Shown piece by piece: positions 8,350 to 17,637 of a stretch of 64,000 nucleotides of DNA. Below the pieces are notes generated by a model, which saw nothing but the letters and a program-made list of their open reading frames with translations, searched no databases and had not been told where the DNA came from. The position numbers and the translations under genes are program-made. Numbering within the stretch: the stretch's first letter is position 1; each line of letters opens with the position of its first letter. This DNA comes from Bacteroidales bacterium (GTDB lineage Bacteria; Bacteroidota; Bacteroidia; Bacteroidales; JAAAOM01): positions 609,155 to 673,154 of the forward strand of contig CAXXXS010000001.1 of assembly GCA_963665085.2 (NCBI GenBank), given 5' to 3'.

Positions 8350-10857
8350 ATGTCCCAAAAAAATATAATTTTATCAATTAATTTAAAAATAATTATGCTA
8401 CTTGGGGGTAGAAGCATTTCTTTTCTTACTGTATTTTTTTTATTGTTTTCTTTTGAATTATTTGCATTTCAGACTGATTCTTTAGAGGTTAATTATGCAA
8501 CTAATGCTGATAGCGCCATTTTGCTGGTTAAACAGGCAAAAGAAAATTTCGAAAATAATCCTGATACCGCCATATACTTTGCAACACAAGCAATTTTAAA
8601 AGCAAAAAACACTGGGGATATCAATAACCTGGCTGATGCCCAGTATTATTTGGCTGAATCATATTATAACAAGAATGAATTCAAAAATGCAATTACCGAA
8701 TTTAAAGCCTCACAAAAAAATTACCTCGAATTAAATAAATTATATGACGCCAATATCATCAACAAAAGGCTTGGTCTAACATATTATTATTTAGGAAATT
8801 ACGAGCTTTCTATTAAAGCCTATCAAAATGCTATTGAATATTTTGCTGAAAACAACGATAACTTAAACCTGGCGATGTCATACCATAACCTGGGAATGGT
8901 GTATGGTGATTTAAAAGATCCCAATGGGGCGATTTCTTATTACAAAAAAGCTCAAGCAATCTATATAGTTCTGGGAGACACAGAAATGCTTGCTGCATTA
9001 TACCAAAACATTGGTGTTGCATACGCTCAATTAGAAAACGATACAAGGGCATTAGAGAATTATCAGCGTTCCAGGATCCTTTACGAACAACTAGAGAATG
9101 AAATGGGAATAGCCATTACAAAAGTTAATATTGGTAATATCTATAAAAGGAAACACGAATATCAAAATGCCATAGATAATTATTATGACGCACTGGCTTA
9201 CTTCAAAAAAGAGAATGCCAAATGGGAAATCATACAAACCTTACTTGATATCGGGGAAACATTCTATGAAACAAGTTATTTCCCCGGAGCCTTAGAAAAT
9301 TTAAAAGAAGGCCTTGAAATGGCTTCAGAATATAATTTCATGGCAAATGAGTTAGAATTTTATGAAGCTTTAGCATCAACCTACGAAAAAATGGGTGATT
9401 ATAAGAATGCCCTTATCTATTACAAAGAATCTGCCGACCTCGATGAAAAAATCTTTAGAGGCGAGAGCATGAATAAAATCAGAGAATTACAAACAAAATA
9501 TAACGTTGAAGTTAAAGAAAGGGAATTAGCAGAAAAAATAGCTGAATTAAGACAAAATGAATTACAAAAGTTAATCTATTCCATTGGTTTTGGGTTAGCG
9601 CTTCTCATTGTATTATTTCTAATCTACAACAATTACAGAAAAGAAAAAGAAAAAAAAGCCCTTGAACTTTTGATTGACCTGCGAACCAAAGAACTTAAAA
9701 CAGAAATTACTGAAAGAAAAATAGCTGAAGAATCAGATAAATTAAAATCTGCTTTCTTATCAAATATGAGTCATGAGATCAGGACTCCCATGAATGCTAT
9801 TATCTCATTCTCAAATTTCCTGAAAAATCCCGATCTGGATGAAGAGCAAAAAGATGAATACATTAACTATATTGTCTCATCAGGAAATACATTGCTCAGA
9901 CTAATTGATGATATAATCGATTCAGCAAAAATAGAATCGAACCAATTAAAAATTCAAAAATCCGTTTGCAACATTAATGCTCTTATGCGGGAATTATACT
10001 CTGTTTTCCATGAATCCAGGATTCAGTCTGAAAAACCAGAGATAAGCCTGGAATTAGAATCGCAGGTAATGTATAAAAACTATATCATACACACTGATAA
10101 AGTAAGGCTACGACAGGTATTAACAAATCTTTTAGAAAATGCCTATAAATACACGGTACAAGGAAAAATTGAATTTGGATTTTCTATATCGAAAGCTAAC
10201 TATTTAATATTCCACGTAAGAGACACGGGCATAGGAATTTCTAAAGACAAAGAAGATAAAATTTTTGAACGATTCTCAAGAATCGAGCACAATGATCATA
10301 AAATGCAAAGCGGTACAGGTTTGGGATTATCTATATCTAAAGACCTGGTTACCTTATTAGGAGGGAAATTATGGTTCTCTTCTGAAGAAGATAAAGGTTC
10401 GACGTTCTTTTTCACAATCCCATTTAATGATATTCATGAAATTGAAGACGATGGTGATTTTAATGAACCAATCACCTCAACAGGTCAATTTAACTGGTCA
10501 GAAAAACTAATATTGGTAGCTGAAGATGATGATTTGAATTACAAAATTCTTGAAACCATAATAAAAAGAAATAATGGCGAAATAATCAGGGCAGAAGATG
10601 GGAAAAGAGCTGTTGAATATACCAAAGAACACGCTTTTGATCTTGTCTTGATGGATATTCAGATGCCTGAAATGAACGGGTACGAGGCAACCCGTGAAAT
10701 AAAAAAAATGAATGTACGCTTGCCAATTATTGCCCAAACTGCTTTTGCAATGATGGATGAACGCACAAAATGTATCGATGCAGGTTGTGACGACTATATA
10801 GTTAAACCACTGAATATCGAAGAACTACAAGGAAAAATCAGTAAATTCCTGTTGTAA
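8350..10857 (+). CDS. Hybrid sensor histidine kinase with periplasmic/extracytoplasmic TPR repeats and a C-terminal receiver domain
   Basis: 835 aa. It has a signal/TM segment, many TPR-like repeats (YYNKNEFKNAI..., YHNLGMVYGDL...) and a TM helix (IYSIGFGLALLIVLFLIY). It also has HisKA (SHEIRTPMNAI), HATPase (GTGLGLSISK) and REC (LVAEDDDLN ... MDIQMPEMNG) domains. An alternative start at 8395 is possible. Confidence 0.9.
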   Translation: MSQKNIILSINLKIIMLLGGRSISFLTVFFLLFSFELFAFQTDSLEVNYATNADSAILLVKQAKENFENNPDTAIYFATQAILKAKNTGDINNLADAQYYLAESYYNKNEFKNAITEFKASQKNYLELNKLYDANIINKRLGLTYYYLGNYELSIKAYQNAIEYFAENNDNLNLAMSYHNLGMVYGDLKDPNGAISYYKKAQAIYIVLGDTEMLAALYQNIGVAYAQLENDTRALENYQRSRILYEQLENEMGIAITKVNIGNIYKRKHEYQNAIDNYYDALAYFKKENAKWEIIQTLLDIGETFYETSYFPGALENLKEGLEMASEYNFMANELEFYEALASTYEKMGDYKNALIYYKESADLDEKIFRGESMNKIRELQTKYNVEVKERELAEKIAELRQNELQKLIYSIGFGLALLIVLFLIYNNYRKEKEKKALELLIDLRTKELKTEITERKIAEESDKLKSAFLSNMSHEIRTPMNAIISFSNFLKNPDLDEEQKDEYINYIVSSGNTLLRLIDDIIDSAKIESNQLKIQKSVCNINALMRELYSVFHESRIQSEKPEISLELESQVMYKNYIIHTDKVRLRQVLTNLLENAYKYTVQGKIEFGFSISKANYLIFHVRDTGIGISKDKEDKIFERFSRIEHNDHKMQSGTGLGLSISKDLVTLLGGKLWFSSEEDKGSTFFFTIPFNDIHEIEDDGDFNEPITSTGQFNWSEKLILVAEDDDLNYKILETIIKRNNGEIIRAEDGKRAVEYTKEHAFDLVLMDIQMPEMNGYEATREIKKMNVRLPIIAQTAFAMMDERTKCIDAGCDDYIVKPLNIEELQGKISKFLL

Positions 10858-10902
10858 ATTTCCATAACATTCGTTTTGTCAGCTTATTAATTATATATAT
10901 TT

Positions 10903-10920
10903 TTGTTATCAAAATAACAG
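10903..10920. promoter_or_regulatory. Candidate Rex operator overlapping the -7 box of the TM1266-hydG promoter
   Basis: The site is TTGTTAT-CAAA-ATAACAG. It matches the half-sites at 5835-5852 at 13 of 14 positions. It overlaps a TAttTTTG Bacteroidota-type -7 box at 10898-10905, 77-94 nt upstream of the ATG at 10997. Confidence 0.55.
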
Positions 10921-10996
10921 AAACTTTTCATCTACTGCGAAATAGGTATTTCCGGTTTCAAAGTTCAAGAAACGTTCTTACCCTAAAGTAATTCTG

Positions 10997-11242
10997 ATGG
11001 AGAAGAGACTAGGTTCAACATTAATACTTATACAGGAAAAAGAAAGTATTCAAAGACTGAATACAATTCTTTCTGATTTTTCGGATATAATTCTTGGGAG
11101 ACAAGGATTGCCCTTGAAGGATCGAGGAATAAGTATAATTTCTATTTTGTTTGATGGGACACAAGACGAAATTAGTTCTCTTACCGGTCAGATAGGTAGA
11201 TTGAAAGGAGTTTCGGTAAAAACAGTTTTTGCCAAACAATAA
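10997..11242 (+). CDS. TM1266-family putative iron-only hydrogenase system regulator (small ACT-like protein)
   Basis: 81 aa. The sequence pattern MEKRLG..ILI.EKESI..LN.ILSDF.D.I.GR.GLP....GISIISI..DG..DEIS.L.G.IG.L.GVSVKT matches my recollection of this family. It sits immediately upstream of hydG, as is typical. Confidence 0.8.
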   Translation: MEKRLGSTLILIQEKESIQRLNTILSDFSDIILGRQGLPLKDRGISIISILFDGTQDEISSLTGQIGRLKGVSVKTVFAKQ

Positions 11243-11258
11243 AAAAGGTTAGAGACAA

Positions 11259-12685
11259 ATGAAATTTACGCCAGAGAAATACGCCATCGCAGATGAGCGT
11301 ATGAAACCATTTATTGATGTTGAAGAAATAGAAAATTTCTTAAAAAATTCAAATCAGACAAAACCCACGTCCGGGATATAATTCAAAAATCACTCGATAA
11401 AAACAGGCTTAACCTGGCTGATGTAGCAACGCTAATAAATGCAGATACCCCTGAACTAATTGAAGAAATAAAAGAAGGAGCAAGACAGTTAAAAGAAAAA
11501 GTCTATGGCAACCGCATTGTCCTTTTCGCCCCTCTTTATGTAGGAAACAATTGCACAAATAACTGTGCTTATTGCGGGTTTCGTGTTTCAAATGATGAAT
11601 CCGTTCGCAAAACACTAAATAATCAGGAATTAATTCATGAAGTTGAAGCACTGGAAGATAACGGACAAAAAAGATTAATCCTTGTTTATGGAGAACACCC
11701 TAATTATTCTCCGGAATTTATCGCAGATTCAGTAAAAACTGTATACCAGGTAAAAAAAGGAAATGGTGAAATACGACGTGTAAATATTAATGCAGCCCCA
11801 CTTGATATTGAAGGATTTCGTACTGTAAAAGAAGCAGGTATCGGAACTTACCAAATTTTTCAGGAAACATACCATCCCGAAGCTTATAAAAAATATCACC
11901 TGGGAGGTAAAAAAAGAAATTATGAATATCGTTTAACAGCCCTGGATAGGGCACAGGAAGCCGGTCTTGATGACATCGGATTAGGTGCATTATTTGGTTT
12001 ATACGATTGGAAGTTTGAAGTGATGTCGTTAGTAAGGCACACAAATCACCTGGAGGCTTGTTATAATGTTGGCCCACATACAATTTCTTTCCCCAGGATA
12101 CAGGAATATGCATCCTATCTGCTTGATGACTCTTTTCTTGTTAACGATAATGATCTTGCCCGGATTATTGCTATTCTTCGATTAGCAGTACCCTATACCG
12201 GACTTATCCTCACTGCCCGGGAAAATGCAGCCCTTAGAAAAGAAGTTATGCGTTTTGGTGTTTCCCAGATTGATGGCGGTACAAAACTGGAACTTGGCTC
12301 CTACTCAAAAAAAGAGGAAGAAGAACAAGACCTCAACAAAGAACAATTCCGGATAAATGACTCCCGCTCTTTAAATGATATTATTGAAGAATTACTAAAC
12401 GAAGAATATCTACCTTCGTTTTGTACTGCCTGTTACCGACTTGGAAGAACCGGTGAACACTTTATGGAATTTTCTGTCCCTGGTTTTATTAAAAGATTCT
12501 GTACTCCCAATGCTATTCTCACATTAGCAGAATACCTTGTTGATTATGCTCCTGAACAAACTGCAAAACGGGGATGGGAAATGATAGATAAAAACATCGG
12601 GATGCTGGAAGGACAGCATAATGTACAGGAATTAAAAAACCGTATTGAAAAAATTAAGGAAGGAAAAAGGGATTTATACTTCTAG
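11259..12685 (+). pseudogene. hydG: [FeFe]-hydrogenase maturase HydG (radical SAM tyrosine lyase), interrupted by a frameshift near codon 36-40
   Basis: ATG 11259 opens a 40-codon frame (MKFTPEKYAIADERMKPFIDVEEIENFLKNSNQTKPTSGI*) that stops at 11379. The -1 frame is open from 11324 to 12685 and encodes the rest of HydG. That part includes CTNNCAYC (CX3CX2C, 11552-11575), GIGTYQIFQETYH, HTISFPR, LPSFCTACYRLGRTGEHFMEF and the C-terminal RDLYF. The combined length is 1427 nt, one base short of a 476-codon (475 aa plus stop) gene. Identity confidence is high. I cannot tell whether the frameshift is biological or a sequencing error. Confidence 0.85.
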
Positions 12686-12820
12686 GGATACCGAAAGACG
12701 GAGAGGGGAAACCGAAAAGAGCAAAGTGTAGGAAGTTTGGAATAGAATCAATTTAAATTGTCTTCTCCCTTAATTTTTTTTAAATTTTATGGCTTAATTA
12801 GGGCTAAAAATAAAATTTCA

Positions 12821-13657
12821 ATGGATAGAAGACAAATACTAAAATTAAGTGCAGGAGTTGCCGTAGGAGGTGGAGCTTGCGGAGTAGCGCTTGCCAATGT
12901 TTTTAAAACAGAACCTCAACCAAAGCCAGAACCTAAAAAATTAGAATATACAGAAACAGAAAGTAGTTGGAAATACCATCAGTTGGATCCTGAAAAAACT
13001 GCTGAATTAGCCTACATTAATTATAGTAATGGGGGTTGTATGTACGCAACTTTTACAAGTATTTTATCCCAATTGGCAGATGAATACGGTGCCCCTTATG
13101 ATTCATTTCCAATACATATGATGGGATATGGCCATGGTGGAGTTGGTGGATTCGGATCCATCTGCGGAACACTCAATGGCGCAGCGTCGATAATTGGATT
13201 GTTTGTAGCTGATAAAAATACACGGGACACCTTGGTTACCGGTTTGTTTCGATGGTATGAGAAGAACCAACTTCCTGAATACAAACCTCAAACTGCATCT
13301 CTTGATTTTACCCCACCCACATCAACAGCAGAATCTATCCTTTGCCATGCATCTATTACAAAATGGGGATTAGAATCAGGCTACAAAGCACAAAGCAGTG
13401 AACGAAAAGAAAGATGCCGTCGCCTTACAGCTGATGTTGCAGCCAGGATTACAGTTGTTTTAAATGATTATATCAATAATAATTATATGACTGTCGGTCA
13501 TGATGACGAAACCGTAAGAACTTGTATGACATGCCACGGCGGTGAAGGAAAACTTGACAATACTGCCGGTCAAATGACTTGCACTACCTGCCACGACAAA
13601 TCACTTGCTCATAAAGTTTTTGCTGATGGCCATTACAAATTATTAAAAGAACAGTAA
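12821..13657 (+). CDS. Tat-signal C_GCAxxG_C_C family protein with two C-terminal CxxCH haem motifs (split-Soret cytochrome c-like)
   Basis: I placed the start at ATG 12821, which gives a twin-arginine signal (MDRRQILKLSAGVAVGGGACGVALA). Family cysteines are present (NGGCMYATF, GSICGTLNGAA, ILCHASI, ERCRRL). Two haem c motifs, CMTCH and CTTCH, lie near the C-terminus. Confidence 0.7.
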   Translation: MDRRQILKLSAGVAVGGGACGVALANVFKTEPQPKPEPKKLEYTETESSWKYHQLDPEKTAELAYINYSNGGCMYATFTSILSQLADEYGAPYDSFPIHMMGYGHGGVGGFGSICGTLNGAASIIGLFVADKNTRDTLVTGLFRWYEKNQLPEYKPQTASLDFTPPTSTAESILCHASITKWGLESGYKAQSSERKERCRRLTADVAARITVVLNDYINNNYMTVGHDDETVRTCMTCHGGEGKLDNTAGQMTCTTCHDKSLAHKVFADGHYKLLKEQ

Positions 13658-13746
13658 ACGAAGGTTATAAGATTATTAGCTAATTTTTATAAATTGAACT
13701 TCTTTTTTTGAACTAACATACTCAATATTAACTAAAAATTAAGATC

Positions 13747-14697
13747 ATGACAAACAGAAGGCAATTCTTAAAAACTTCCGGGGCTGTGGCTCTTGGTGGC
13801 TTGGTATTACCCAACATTTTACAAAGCTGCGCATCAGGTCAAAGTAAAACTTTTGCAGGCATCGGTATTCAAACTTATACTTTAAATTCTTTTATGGATG
13901 AAGATCCTAAAATAACATTTAAAAAGCTTGCTGATATCGGATATAAAAACATTGAAACTGCAACTTATGCAGATGAAACATTCTATGGCCTTAGCGCAAA
14001 AGAATTAAAAAAAGTTATTGAAGATTTAGGTATGAAATGGATTGGCCATCATGTGATGGGTGTTCCAATTACTGCGATGTATAGCCTTCCTGAAAATCCT
14101 ACTCCCGACCAAATAGAAAGGGCAGAAATGATTAAACAAATGGCAGAATCTATGAAAGCCCCTAACCTTAGGGATAACCTGCAGCAATTGGTAGATACTG
14201 TCGCTGAAGGAGGACTTAAGTATCTGATTTGCGCAGGAACTTCTATTGAAACCATGGATAATATCAAAAAAGCCGTTGATGACTTTAGTAAGGCTGGTGA
14301 GGCTTGTAAAAAAGCCGGACTTCAGTTTGCATACCATAACCATGCAACTGAGTGGGATCCAATTGAAGGTACTACTGCTTATGATGTAATTATGTCTGAA
14401 ACAGATAAAGACCTTGTAAAACTCGAACTTGACCTTGGCTGGGTAGCTACCGCTAAAAAAGATGCTGTAGAACTGTTCAAAAAACAACCAGGTCGTTTCC
14501 CTCTTTTCCATCTAAAAGATTTTAACCTGGAAACTAATACCATTGTTCCGGTTGGTGAAGGAAATGTTGATTTTAAACCAGCTTTTGATAATGCAGAACT
14601 GGCTGGAATGAAATATTTCTTCTATGAGCAGGATACTGCAAAATCCATGGAAGAAGTTACTCTCAGCTATAATAATATTAAAAAAATTATCGCATAG
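13747..14697 (+). CDS. Tat-signal sugar phosphate isomerase/epimerase (xylose isomerase-like TIM barrel)
   Basis: 316 aa with an N-terminal NRRQFLKTSGAVALGG twin-arginine signal. Motifs typical of the AP-endonuclease-2/xylose isomerase-like TIM family are present (FAYHNHATEW, LELDLGW, FHLKDF). Confidence 0.8.
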   Translation: MTNRRQFLKTSGAVALGGLVLPNILQSCASGQSKTFAGIGIQTYTLNSFMDEDPKITFKKLADIGYKNIETATYADETFYGLSAKELKKVIEDLGMKWIGHHVMGVPITAMYSLPENPTPDQIERAEMIKQMAESMKAPNLRDNLQQLVDTVAEGGLKYLICAGTSIETMDNIKKAVDDFSKAGEACKKAGLQFAYHNHATEWDPIEGTTAYDVIMSETDKDLVKLELDLGWVATAKKDAVELFKKQPGRFPLFHLKDFNLETNTIVPVGEGNVDFKPAFDNAELAGMKYFFYEQDTAKSMEEVTLSYNNIKKIIA

Positions 14698-14710
14698 TTA
14701 TCTTTAAAAT

Positions 14711-14746
14711 TAGTAGCAGGAAAAACCAATCTTTTTCCTGCTACTA
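14711..14746 (+). terminator. Stem-loop terminator after the isomerase gene
   Basis: A perfect 15-bp stem joins TAGTAGCAGGAAAAA (14711-14725) and TTTTTCCTGCTACTA (14732-14746) with the loop CCAATC. It begins 14 nt after the stop codon. There is no 3' T-run, since the stem itself supplies the T5. Confidence 0.6.
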
Positions 14747-14989
14747 AAAATTAATTCACCTTCTATACCCCTTTAAAAAAACGAACTTATTATCCATCCC
14801 AGAGACCCATATTTCTCTATATATTCGCATAAAAATTAAACTTCATTATGCTAAAAGACAGGTTAAAAGCCGCATTTGAATAACTTTAAATTTTCTTTAG
14901 AATCTATAACGTACTTTGGACAGTGGAGTTATGTGTTTTTTTTAAATGCATATACTATTTTTACAATTAAATCAAACCCCCCTTAAATA

Positions 14990-17407
14990 ATGTACAAATT
15001 ATTTATTCTTCTATGTTGCTTTTTCCCACTCATTACTACCACAGCTCAAGAAACCGCATCTATTTCAGGTAGAATCTTCGACAGTAAAACTGGAGAAGTA
15101 TTACCTTACACATCAGTAGCGATTAAAGCAAAACCTACGGGGGAACTTCTCTCAGGGGCAGTAACTAATAACGAAGGAAGATTTGAAATACTTGGGTTAT
15201 CGCCGGGAGAATATATAATTCAAATTTCATTTGTGGGCTACGAGACCTACCAGGAAGAAATTCTTGTAGGAGAGTTAAATACCATTTTCGATTTAGGCAA
15301 AATTGAAATTAACCCGGAAATCGAACAACTTGATGAAGCTACGGTAACGGCACAAAAATCAGAAATAAGTGCTGATATGGAAATGAAAACATACGATTTA
15401 AGCGACAATATTGCTCAATCTGGTGGTTCTGTAATGGATGCTATGAAAACAATGCCTGGTGTAACAGTTAGCCAGGAAGGAAAAATAATACTTCGGGGAA
15501 GTGATAAAGTTATTGTATTAATTGATGGCAAACAATCCAGCCTAACAGGATTTGGTAACCAAAAAGGGCTTGACAATATCCCAGCAGCAAATATTGATAA
15601 AATTGAAATCATCAATAATCCTTCAGCAAAATATGATGCCGCCGGGATGGCGGGGATCATCAATATTGTATATAAAAAGGAAAAAGAGACCGGATTAAAT
15701 GGAGAAATTGGATTTACCTATGGATTAGGTGCAATTGGTAAAGCAAAAAAAGATGTTCCTTCAGAACTGGGGAGTTATACTTCAAATCCCAAATATATTC
15801 CTAACCTAAATTTAAATTATAAAACTAAAAAATTAAATTTCTTTTTATTATCTGAGGCAATGTACCTAAATGGGCTACCAAATAATGAATTTACAACCCG
15901 CTATTATGATGATGGAAGGATAACAGCCTCACAAGTACCGGAGAACAGGACTCAACAACATTATATTCTAAACGGAGGAATAGATTATTCTATTGATGAT
16001 AATAATATACTTACCTTATCGGGTATTTTCGATTGGGAAAAACATAACGACACGGCACAGGTTCCATATATCAATGAGCTTACTTCGTCACGTTACAGGT
16101 ATATCAACTGGCACGAAGAAGAAATTACAGGATATATGAATTATGCTTTAAACTATGAACATAAATTTCCTCAACCCGGTCATGTTCTGGAAGCAAGTGC
16201 ACAATATACAAAAGGCTGGGAAGACGAAACCTATCATATAAACGACAGTTCCAGTCTTCGGCAGGGAAGAGATGTAACCAGTATCCTGGCAACAGAACAT
16301 ACAACCAGTTTACAGGTTGACTATACAAAACCAATGGCCAGCGGAAGAATTGAAGCGGGCTCAAAATTACAGGTACGCCGGTTACCTGTTGACTTTACTG
16401 TTCAACGTGGTGAAAATTCGGTTATTTATCCCGGACTTGGTGATTGGTCAAAATGGGGAGAAAACATTTATGCCGGTTATATCAATTATGTTTACGAAAA
16501 ACCATTATACGACATTGAAGCTGGACTTAGGGCAGAACAAACTGAAGTATTTTATGACATTGACCCGGATAACATCTATTATGATAAAAATGATGCTTAC
16601 AATTATTTTGAATTATTTCCGAATGTGAGATTAAGCTTTAAATTCAACTCAAATAATAAAATCTCTGTATTTTATAACAGAAGAGTTGACAGGCCGGGAG
16701 AACCTGAATTACGTATTTTCACAAAATCGGATGATCAGGAATTATTAAAATCTGGCAATCCCTATTTAAGGCCACAGTTTACACAGTCTGTTGAAGCTGC
16801 ATATAGATTAAAATGGCATTTGGGTTCATTTTTCCTTGCTGGCTACCATCGAATAATTAACGATCCGTTTATGCGTGTCTATACTATAGATTCAACCAAT
16901 CCTCTTTATGAGGTTATCACAAAAACTTATGCAAATACAGGAAGTGCAACAAACACTGGTATTGAAATCGTTTTCAGTCAACAGATTACTAAATTTTGGA
17001 AACTTTCGGTAAATACCAACATTTACAAAAACAATATTGATGCATTCCAGGGTAGTTTACTATTTCCTTTTGAACACACATTCCAGTTTGAAGAATCATC
17101 CGATAATACATGGGATCTAAAGGTAAACAATCAATTTAAGCTTAATAATAATACAAGCATTCAGCTTACGGGAATCTACCTGGCGCCCAAAAATATACCC
17201 CAAGGGAACCAGAAAGCACGATCATCTGTTGACTTCGGGATAAAAAAAGTAATTATGAAAGGCAAGGGAGAAGTTAATCTCTCAGCAACAGATATTTTTA
17301 ATAAGTATGGAATAAAACAAGAAATTATCGGCGACGGATTTAAAGCCATTTACGAAAATTACTACGAGACCCAGGTATTCCGTATGGGATTAAAGTATAA
17401 ATTTTAA
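14990..17407 (+). CDS. TonB-dependent receptor-like outer membrane beta-barrel protein with an N-terminal carboxypeptidase-regulatory-like domain
   Basis: 805 aa. It has a signal peptide, a CarboxypepD_reg-like segment (SISGRIFDSKTGEVLPYTSVAI...), a plug-like region (SGGSVMDAMKTMPGVTVSQEGKIILRGS) and the aromatic C-terminal strand (FRMGLKYKF). Confidence 0.85.
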   Translation: MYKLFILLCCFFPLITTTAQETASISGRIFDSKTGEVLPYTSVAIKAKPTGELLSGAVTNNEGRFEILGLSPGEYIIQISFVGYETYQEEILVGELNTIFDLGKIEINPEIEQLDEATVTAQKSEISADMEMKTYDLSDNIAQSGGSVMDAMKTMPGVTVSQEGKIILRGSDKVIVLIDGKQSSLTGFGNQKGLDNIPAANIDKIEIINNPSAKYDAAGMAGIINIVYKKEKETGLNGEIGFTYGLGAIGKAKKDVPSELGSYTSNPKYIPNLNLNYKTKKLNFFLLSEAMYLNGLPNNEFTTRYYDDGRITASQVPENRTQQHYILNGGIDYSIDDNNILTLSGIFDWEKHNDTAQVPYINELTSSRYRYINWHEEEITGYMNYALNYEHKFPQPGHVLEASAQYTKGWEDETYHINDSSSLRQGRDVTSILATEHTTSLQVDYTKPMASGRIEAGSKLQVRRLPVDFTVQRGENSVIYPGLGDWSKWGENIYAGYINYVYEKPLYDIEAGLRAEQTEVFYDIDPDNIYYDKNDAYNYFELFPNVRLSFKFNSNNKISVFYNRRVDRPGEPELRIFTKSDDQELLKSGNPYLRPQFTQSVEAAYRLKWHLGSFFLAGYHRIINDPFMRVYTIDSTNPLYEVITKTYANTGSATNTGIEIVFSQQITKFWKLSVNTNIYKNNIDAFQGSLLFPFEHTFQFEESSDNTWDLKVNNQFKLNNNTSIQLTGIYLAPKNIPQGNQKARSSVDFGIKKVIMKGKGEVNLSATDIFNKYGIKQEIIGDGFKAIYENYYETQVFRMGLKYKF

Positions 17408-17637
17408 GTCTTTTAATCCCCTAAAAAAAGTTAATAACGATTTCTTCTTTATCATATAAAAGATTACACATCCCAATTGAATAGATGAATACTTTATTTT
17501 ATCTAAGTAAAACTTATTGATACTCTATTTCAACAAATAGAAATAACTTTAATTTAAAACCAACATCAAAAATTATCCCTAATTTTGCACAATAAAAATT
17601 ACTCGGATAAATATCAAAATATTTTTTGTTCAGAAAT

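Noticed and set aside
11409-12113. Minus-strand ORFs 11409-11651 and 11787-12113
   Set aside because: They are antisense to the hydG reading frame, which carries unmistakable HydG motifs. They appear in the track only because the frameshifted hydG N-terminal part lacks an internal start codon.
12758-12820. N-terminal extension of the split-Soret-like protein (MSSPLIFFKFYGLIRAKNKIS)
   Set aside because: Starting at ATG 12821 places the twin-arginine motif at the normal distance from the N-terminus. The extension would bury the signal peptide.
14747-14989. Possible riboswitch or leader upstream of the TonB-dependent receptor-like gene
   Set aside because: The 240-nt spacer is long. I could not recognise a B12 box, a TPP motif or another conserved riboswitch core, and no convincing multi-stem structure was evident by eye. 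An Rfam scan would be needed.
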